Shown here piece by piece: positions 35,145 to 42,370 of a DNA stretch of 42,370 bases. The notes beneath the pieces are model-generated. The model saw only the letters and a list, made by a program, of their open reading frames with translations, made no database searches and was not told the origin of the DNA. Positions within the stretch are counted from its first letter, which is position 1, and each line of letters begins with the position of its first letter. The translations under genes were made by a program, and so were the position numbers. The stretch is from Octopus bimaculoides (taxonomy: Eukaryota): the NCBI RefSeq assembly GCF_001194135.2, contig NC_068986.1:115590575-115632944 (forward strand). The letters are read 5' to 3'.

Positions 35145-35974
35145 NNNNNNNNNNNNNNNNNNNNNNNNNNNNNNNNNNNNNNNNNNNNNNNNNNNNNNNN
35201 NNNNNNNNNNNNNNNNNNNNNNNNNNNNNNNNNNNNNNNNNNNNNNNNNNNNNNNNNNNNNNNNNNNNNNNNNNNNNNNNNNNNNNNNNNNNNNNNNNNN
35301 NNNNNNNNNNNNNNNNNNNNNNNNNNNNNNNNNNNNNNNNNNNNNNNNNNNNNNNNNNNNNNNNNNNNNNNNNNNNNNNNNNNNNNNNNNNNNNNNNNNN
35401 NNNNNNNNNNNNNNNNNNNNNNNNNNNNNNNNNNNNNNNNNNNNNNNNNNNNNNNNNNNNNNNNNNNNNNNNNNNNNNNNNNNNNNNNNNNNNNNNNNNN
35501 NNNNNNNNNNNNNNNNNNNNNNNNNNNNNNNNNNNNNNNNNNNNNNNNNNNNNNNNNNNNNNNNNNNNNNNNNNNNNNNNNNNNNNNNNNNNNNNNNNNN
35601 NNNNNNNNNNNNNNNNNNNNNNNNNNNNNNNNNNNNNNNNNNNNNNNNNNNNNNNNNNNNNNNNNNNNNNNNNNNNNNNNNNNNNNNNNNNNNNNNNNNN
35701 NNNNNNNNNNNNNNNNNNNNNNNNNNNNNNNNNNNNNNNNNNNNNNNNNNNNNNNNNNNNNNNNNNNNNNNNNNNNNNNNNNNNNNNNNNNNNNNNNNNN
35801 NNNNNNNNNNNNNNNNNNNNNNNNNNNNNNNNNNNNNNNNNNNNNNNNNNNNNNNNNNNNNNNNNNNNNNNNNNNNNNNNNNNNNNNNNNNNNNNNNNNN
35901 NNNNNNNNNNNNNNNNNNNNNNNNNNNNNNNNNNNNNNNNNNNNNNNNNNNNNNNNNNNNNNNNNNNNNNNNNN

Positions 35975-36025
<51 letters not shown>

Positions 36026-38399
36026 CTGCACGTGTGTATCTATGTACGTATTTGTAAATTTATATATATATATTATGTTCTGTTCTTGGTGTGTGGGTGG
36101 CGCGAACTCTGACTACCCCACCAGTATATCAGCTCTGTGTGAAGAGTGAACGCTGACCTATTAAACCTTTGAACACATAATTTGGTACCCACCCTGAGCC
36201 TAATCGGCCGAGCGACTATCAATCTTCTACCATTAAACTACCTGATCATTATCAATGTTATCAAACGGTCTTCTGTTTACATTGATGCATCAACACAGGC
36301 GCGGTGTCAGTGCGGTTGTCGTGCCGTAGCTGAAACGATACACAGCCAACGTTGGTGAAACTAGTCGTAACTATGCAATCCTTCTTGGTGTAAAATTCGT
36401 TCCATAATGAACGAACCAATAAATAATTAGAAGGCTACGTCATCAACGACGACATAGTGAAACAACTTGTACGTGGTCGATAGAAGTAATTTGATATAAA
36501 TACACACACACACATCATCATCATCATCATCAGCATCATCATCTTGATCAAGAAACTGCATGTTGCGTGTCAAGGAAACCTAACAAGTTTTTTTTTTTAA
36601 AGTTCATTTAATTAATTTTTTTTCAAAGATTTATTTTCAAAATATTGAATATCTCGCAGCTGCTGTGGTGGATATGTTTCCAGTACTTTGAGACGAAAAA
36701 GAATTACGTGCGTATAAACATACAGACACACATATACTTACACGCACACACATATCTATACATATAGACATATATACACACGCACATACATACGAGTATA
36801 CATGTGTGTGTAGGCATGTATGTGTGTGTGTGTGTGTGTGCGTTCCTGTCAGTACATTTATGCGGTAAAGTACATTAACTTCTTGCAAATGGCGACAGAA
36901 TTGTCTGGAGAAGTCAACGATTTTTTATTACTTTTATTGTGTAAGTTGAAAAATAATGATAAATAAATATATTTTGCTTGTATCTAACGAATTCCCACGG
37001 TTATGGCAAAAATAGATGATGAAGTGGAAAAATGGTGGCGGAAAATACCAGGAATCCTTTAAATACAGACAATAAGAATTAATTTTTTCGAAACTATTTT
37101 CTAATGTACGCTATAGGAATAATTCTGAAAACTAAGGCAAAGTTGTCTCTTCAAAGTAACTATATTCCCTCTTTGTACGATGTGTGAAAATATATACATA
37201 TACTTATATGTACGTATGCATATGTATAAATGTATTCATGTATTTATGTTTGTATGTATACATGCATGCATGTACGTACGTATGTATGTTTGCATGTATG
37301 TATGTATGTATGTATGTATGTATGCTTTTTTCTTTAAATTTAATTTAAGCTCTTCTTGAGAGAGATCAAGCCGGTTGCTAACAACCTCTTCGATAACTTC
37401 ATAAAACCAATCGTTAATTTAGTTTTAATATATTTAATACAGCATTAAATAATAATTTTGTTAGGGTTAATATAACTAACACAACTTATTAAATGTAGGA
37501 AGCTTTTAAATTACAGATAAGTCAGTGTTATCAAGTTTAATATATGAGAACGCTAAGTAGGCATATGAGGTGAAAAAGATAACAAGAGGGAATAGTATGT
37601 ATGAGAGAGAGAGAGAGAGAGAGAGAGGAAGGGGTGAGGGGGAGTAGGGAAATTTGATATTAAAATGAAGATCAATAGGACAAAAGTGATATGAATGAAG
37701 AGAAAGAAAATAAAGATAATTAGTTTCATAATGAAGTTGTAAAGTAGATAATAATTAATGAATTTATGTAATCTTGATGAATACGTATTCCAAATGTAAG
37801 AAAAACTCTCTTTTTCCCCATTATATCTTTGGTATCTTTCTCCCCCCCCCCNNNNNNNNNNNNNNNNNNNNNNNNNNNNNNNNNNNNNNNNNNNNNNNNN
37901 NNNNNNNNNNNNNNNNNNNNNNNNNNNNNNNNNNNNNNNNNNNNNNNNTATATATATATATATATATTTATAGTCAATCCAAACAAGAACAAGCAAGAAA
38001 AAAGCAACAACGCGAGGACGTGGAACAAGTATTGTGTTATTGGAGGCTCAGGAAAGGAAAGGAAAGAAAGAGGATGTAAATATACGCTGAGCCATTGTCG
38101 GGCGCTAATTACTGATCTCGGTCGAGATGATTACCGTCAATTCAACCTCGTTGTTTGATTTTTTTTCTTTAAAAAAACCGTTATTACAGGGTTAATTCAG
38201 GAGCAGATAATTCAGTTTCTCGACCAATTGAACCTGCGTCGCCGAACGACGGAGATCCAGGAGATCCACCTTCTCCCTACATATCCATACACACATACAT
38301 ACACATACATCCATATAGATATACACACATACATGTATACATACACATTATTTTATCTCAGCTCATTCAAGCTGCACATGTTGGCTGAGTGCTTCTTGC

Positions 38400-38690
38400 T
38401 CTATATTACTCAACATAGTCTCCATTGCAAGCGATGCATTTACACCACCGTTGAACCTATGAAAACATTCGCGTTTTTACTGTTCTACCCACTTCTTTAC
38501 AGCTACCGTCACGTCGCCTGTATTATACACTTGTTGTCCCCAAAGACTGTCTTCATTGGACCGAAGAGGTGACAGATCCGGGTTGTACGATCAGTTAAAT
38601 GGCGATAGATCCGTGTTGTACGATCAGTCAAATGGCAACAGATCCAGGTTGTACGATGGATGGGGGATCACTGACCACTAACCAGACCAA
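38400..38690 (-). mobile_element. Mariner (DD34D-type) transposase C-terminal remnant
   Basis: Minus strand: WSVIPHPSYNLDL...HLFGPMK...DVTVAVKKWVEQ...RWCKCIACNGDYVE* (cf. W.VLPHPPYSPDLAPSDYHLFGPMK...RW.KCI...GDYVE). Confidence 0.85.
38572..38657. repeat. 33-bp tandem repeat x2.6 inside the mariner remnant
   Basis: Units at 38572-38604, 38605-38637, and a partial unit at 38638-38657. Confidence 0.92.
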
Positions 38691-38785
38691 TTTTAGGATT
38701 GAATGATTTCTTACCAAACATTTATGGTCACACATTGTCGGTTCTGTTTTATAATTAACTAACAAATTAGTTAATCCCTTAATTG

Positions 38786-38977
38786 TTTTCAAATTTTGGC
38801 ACAAGGCTAGTAATTTCGGGGGAGGGGAAGTCGATTACATTGATCCTCCCCTCCCGCCCCGTGTTCTACTGATACTTATTTTATCGACCCCGAAAGGATG
38901 AAAGGTAAAGCCGACCTCGGCGGAACTTAAGCCCAGAAAGAAAAGACAGACAAAATGCCGCTAAATATTTGCCCGCC
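38786..38977 (-). mobile_element. SINE family A, degenerate
   Basis: TTTTCAAATTTTGGCACAAGGC...TTTTATCGACCCCGAAAGGATGAAAGG.AAAG.CGACCTCGGCGGAA. Confidence 0.88.
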
Positions 38978-39670
38978 TTAAATCAATTAAACATTGTTAA
39001 TTGGCTTAGGAAAGTTGTTTCGTCACACTCTTTGATTTAACAGATGAAATGGTTCTTCGTAACATGCAGGGTTCTTGAATTGAGAAACCAACGGGGCGTA
39101 ACGTTATAAATAAACACCAGCAAAGAACAAATGCAGGAGTGAAACGTCAAAGTGTGTAATTATACGCCCTTCGCCACTGAATTAATGAGTAAATTTGTTA
39201 ATTAGTTGATTAATGCATTCATTAATAAAACAGAAGTGAACTACAAACCGTGTCAGGGATTTATTGACAGAATGATCCTCCGTAATTACAACAATATCAG
39301 TTTCGCCTCAAGAAATACACTTCAGGATTCCTTCAAAACACACACACATACACACACACACACGCATGCATATATGTATATGCATATGTATATATAAGCG
39401 TTTGTATGCATACATACACATATATACATTAATACATATGTACTATATATGCTGTATATATACTATAAAATATACTATATATATATATATATTATATATA
39501 TATGTACATATATGTATATACGCATGCATGTTTGTAAATGTGTGTGTGAGCATGTGTGTGTGTGTGTGCGCGCGCGCGCGTGTGTGTGTGTGCGTAGTAT
39601 CAAAATCTACACTTAAGAAGAAATATAAAATTACATTTGCTTTCAATGTGAATAGACATTTTTGTTTTGC

Positions 39671-39671
<1 letters not shown>

Positions 39672-39739
<68 letters not shown>
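39672..39739. repeat. (ATT)n microsatellite
   Basis: Direct reading. Confidence 0.95.
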
Positions 39740-40173
39740 TCACGATGCTGAATCAACTCGCAAAGAAGGAAAAGAATTAAATTAGTTTCGACATGGAATA
39801 ACAGAAACAGGATCCCCCACCTCCCTCTCTTGCTACATTCACAAACCCATACATATGTGTGTGTATGTGCATTTGTGTGTGGTGTGTATATATNNNNNNN
39901 NNNNNNNNNNNNNNNNNNNNNNNNNNNNNNNNNNNNNNNNNNNNNNNNNNNNNNNNNNNNNNNNNNNNNNNNNNNNNNNNNNNNNNNNNNNNNNNNNNNN
40001 NNNNNNNNNNNNNNNNNNNNNNNNNNNNNNNNNNNNNNNNNNNNNNNNNNNNNNAAAACCGGAGGTGACATACTTTTGAAGTTGCTCTGAGACATCCATA
40101 TACACACATACACACTCACTATTACTCTCTCATCTCTCACACACCCCGCACCCTCTCCCTTTTTCTCTTATAC

Positions 40174-40215
<42 letters not shown>

Positions 40216-40878
40216 CTACTCTGTGTTATTCTCTCTCCCCTTCTTCTCTCCTCCCTCTATTTCCCGCCGCCTTTCTCTCTCCCACCCATCTCTCACTCTC
40301 TTTTTCTTCCTCCATTCTTCTCTCTCGCCCTCTCTTTCTAATACCCCGTTCCTTTAGATTGTTCACACATCTCCAATCCTTATTTCTAAACTCGATAAAC
40401 TTCTATAATAAAAACCTTACTTTCGCACAAAGCCCAATATATCTCTGTACTATGCATATTCAGAAGTGAGAAGCAACCATCTGCTGGCTTGACCCTGCAT
40501 CACTTCAGAATATAACAACTATGTTTTTTTTTAATCTCCATATATTTAGAGAGAAAATAGCAAATCTTGTATGTATTTGTCAATATACAATTTTGATCGT
40601 TATTTGCATCAATAACTTTGTATATGCAATAACTTCAGTCCATTCCTGCAACATCCGAACCATTTGTTGGTTACGTACCGTCTGGATAAAGGGTGGTATC
40701 ATATTACATGATACATACACACATACATACATACATATATATGTGGGTGTGTAGGTGTTTACACACTCGTGTGCAAATAGGCGTGATGGCTAAAACAAAC
40801 TAAAGAACACACACAAACACACACCTACATACATATACAGATACAAACATATGCATATGTATAACGTATGTATAGATA

Positions 40879-40919
<41 letters not shown>

Positions 40920-41555
40920 NNNNNNNNNNNNNNNNNNNNNNNNNNNNNNNNNNNNNNNNNNNNNNNNNNNNNNNNNNNNNNNNNNNNNNNNNNNNNNNNN
41001 NNNNNNNNNNNNNNNNNNNNNNNNNNNNNNNNNNNNNNNNNNNNNNNNNNNNNNNNNNNNNNNNNNNNNNNNNNNNNNNNNNNNNNNNNNNNNNNNNNNN
41101 NNNNNNNNNNNNNNNNNNNNNNNNNNNNNNNNNNNNNNNNNNNNNNNNNNNNNNNNNNNNNNNNNNNNNNNNNNNNNNNNNNNNNNNNNNNNNNNNNNNN
41201 NNNNNNNNNNNNNNNNNNNNNNNNNNNNNNNNNNNNNNNNNNNNNNNNNNNNNNNNNNNNNNNNNNNNNNNNNNNNNNNNNNNNNNNNNNNNNNNNNNNN
41301 NNNNNNNNNNNNNNNNNNNNNNNNNTATATATATATATAACAAATAGTGATATAGTGGGGGTGATGGTGGGGGGCATGGGGGTTTTCGTCCTAATTACCC
41401 AACGCAACTAACCAATCTACCACAAGCAAACCTCTACCCAGCGAACTTACCAGCGCAAGAACAAAATTTAATGTAAGAATTACCACTTAGCTTACATTAC
41501 CATCACATATGTATCAATTATTTTCGCATCCTAACCGGTGAATCTATCTATATTC

Positions 41556-41606
41556 GCATTCTGAAGAGATTTACTTAAACCAGTAAATTGAAACGATCAT
41601 AAATGC
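41556..41606 (+). ncRNA. Type I hammerhead ribozyme motif, near-canonical
   Basis: Helix I GCATT (41556-60)/AATGC (41602-06); CTGAAGA (41561-67); 7-bp helix II GATTTAC/GTAAATT with 8-nt loop; GAAAC (41590-94); GATC; ATA (GTA expected). Confidence 0.75.
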
Positions 41607-42160
41607 TACCTTCATCTCTGCTTCTTCCTTCTTTGTTATCTAATTGATTAAAGACATACCAGCGAAAACCAAGAGTTTTCTTACTTATTCAGTCACAAAT
41701 TGACTTCCACCATGTATGTATACATACGCACGAATATTGTCAAGTCGCAAATCAAAATAGATCTCGATCTACGTATAAGTTTATAAAATGGATTAAGTGC
41801 GTGACATTTGGAAATGACATGATACTATTAGTAAAGTAATTAACAAGCAAAATATACATATATATATGATTAATTATTTGTAAGATTTATTTGTATCAAG
41901 GTATTTTAACATTCAGGACACCAAGAGAGGGTTGAGTTCGGCACAAACGTGTATATACCATATACAAATACATCGGTACATACTCCTGCATATATAGATA
42001 TATTCACACACCTACAAATATATGTACATGTACACACTTATACATACATACATACATATAAATATACATATACATGTAAGTATATAGCCATGCACACAGG
42101 CATGTAGGTTCTCGATCCAATGCAAGCAAGTTCCCGATCCAACATGGAATATGGTGCTTG

Positions 42161-42334
42161 CATAACATAGGAATATAAATGAGTTAAAGGTTCACTACAG
42201 CTGTTTCAGACGCGTTAGTTTTATTTCTTATTTTTTAATAATTCAATTGCATCATGATGTGATTGAATTATTCATCAATAAAAAAGCGTCTGAAACAGCT
42301 GTAGCGAACTTTTAATCCATTTGTGTTCTTATTT

Positions 42335-42338
<4 letters not shown>
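42161..42338. repeat. ~180-bp fold-back: arms 42161-42213 and 42286-42338 plus inner hairpin, each arm carrying GAAAC-AGCT-GTA
   Basis: TTAAAGGTTCACTACAGCTGTTTCAGACGC versus GCGTCTGAAACAGCTGTAGCGAACTTTTAA (2 differences in 30). Inner AATAATTCAAT/ATTGAATTATT around CATCATGATG. Confidence 0.92.

Positions 42339-42370
<32 letters not shown>

Noticed and set aside
37980-38270. Possible exon or transposase fragment (CKYTLSHCRALITDLGRDDYRQF; VNSGADNSVSRPIEP)
   Set aside because: No recognisable family motif or consistent splice signals.

Overview
Eukaryotic, repeat-saturated genomic DNA with 15 N-gaps (about 5.9 kb, roughly 14%), most of them flanked by microsatellites. The tRNA-derived SINE families resemble those I recall from Octopus (coleoid cephalopod) genomes; this is recognition only, not a database result. 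I found no convincing host protein-coding exon, so the window is probably intronic or intergenic. Nearly all listed ORFs are microsatellite or gap artefacts. Identifiable elements are all decayed: an internally deleted RTE LINE (1090-2450), a Penelope-like GIY-YIG 3' fragment (3340-4330), a full-length Tc1/mariner of rosa/DD41D type with DD46D spacing (7591-8947), two DD34D-type mariner remnants, further RTE, R4/Dong and BEL/Pao fragments, and about 20 SINE copies from several families. The most notable pattern is six hammerhead-ribozyme-like motifs (4270, 17908, 20794, 34208, 41561, and a half-core at 42292), all with the minimal or palindromic helix III typical of Penelope-associated hammerheads. 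Three of them lie at or beside the turning point of fold-back inverted repeats. All alignments and folds were done by eye and need computational confirmation.
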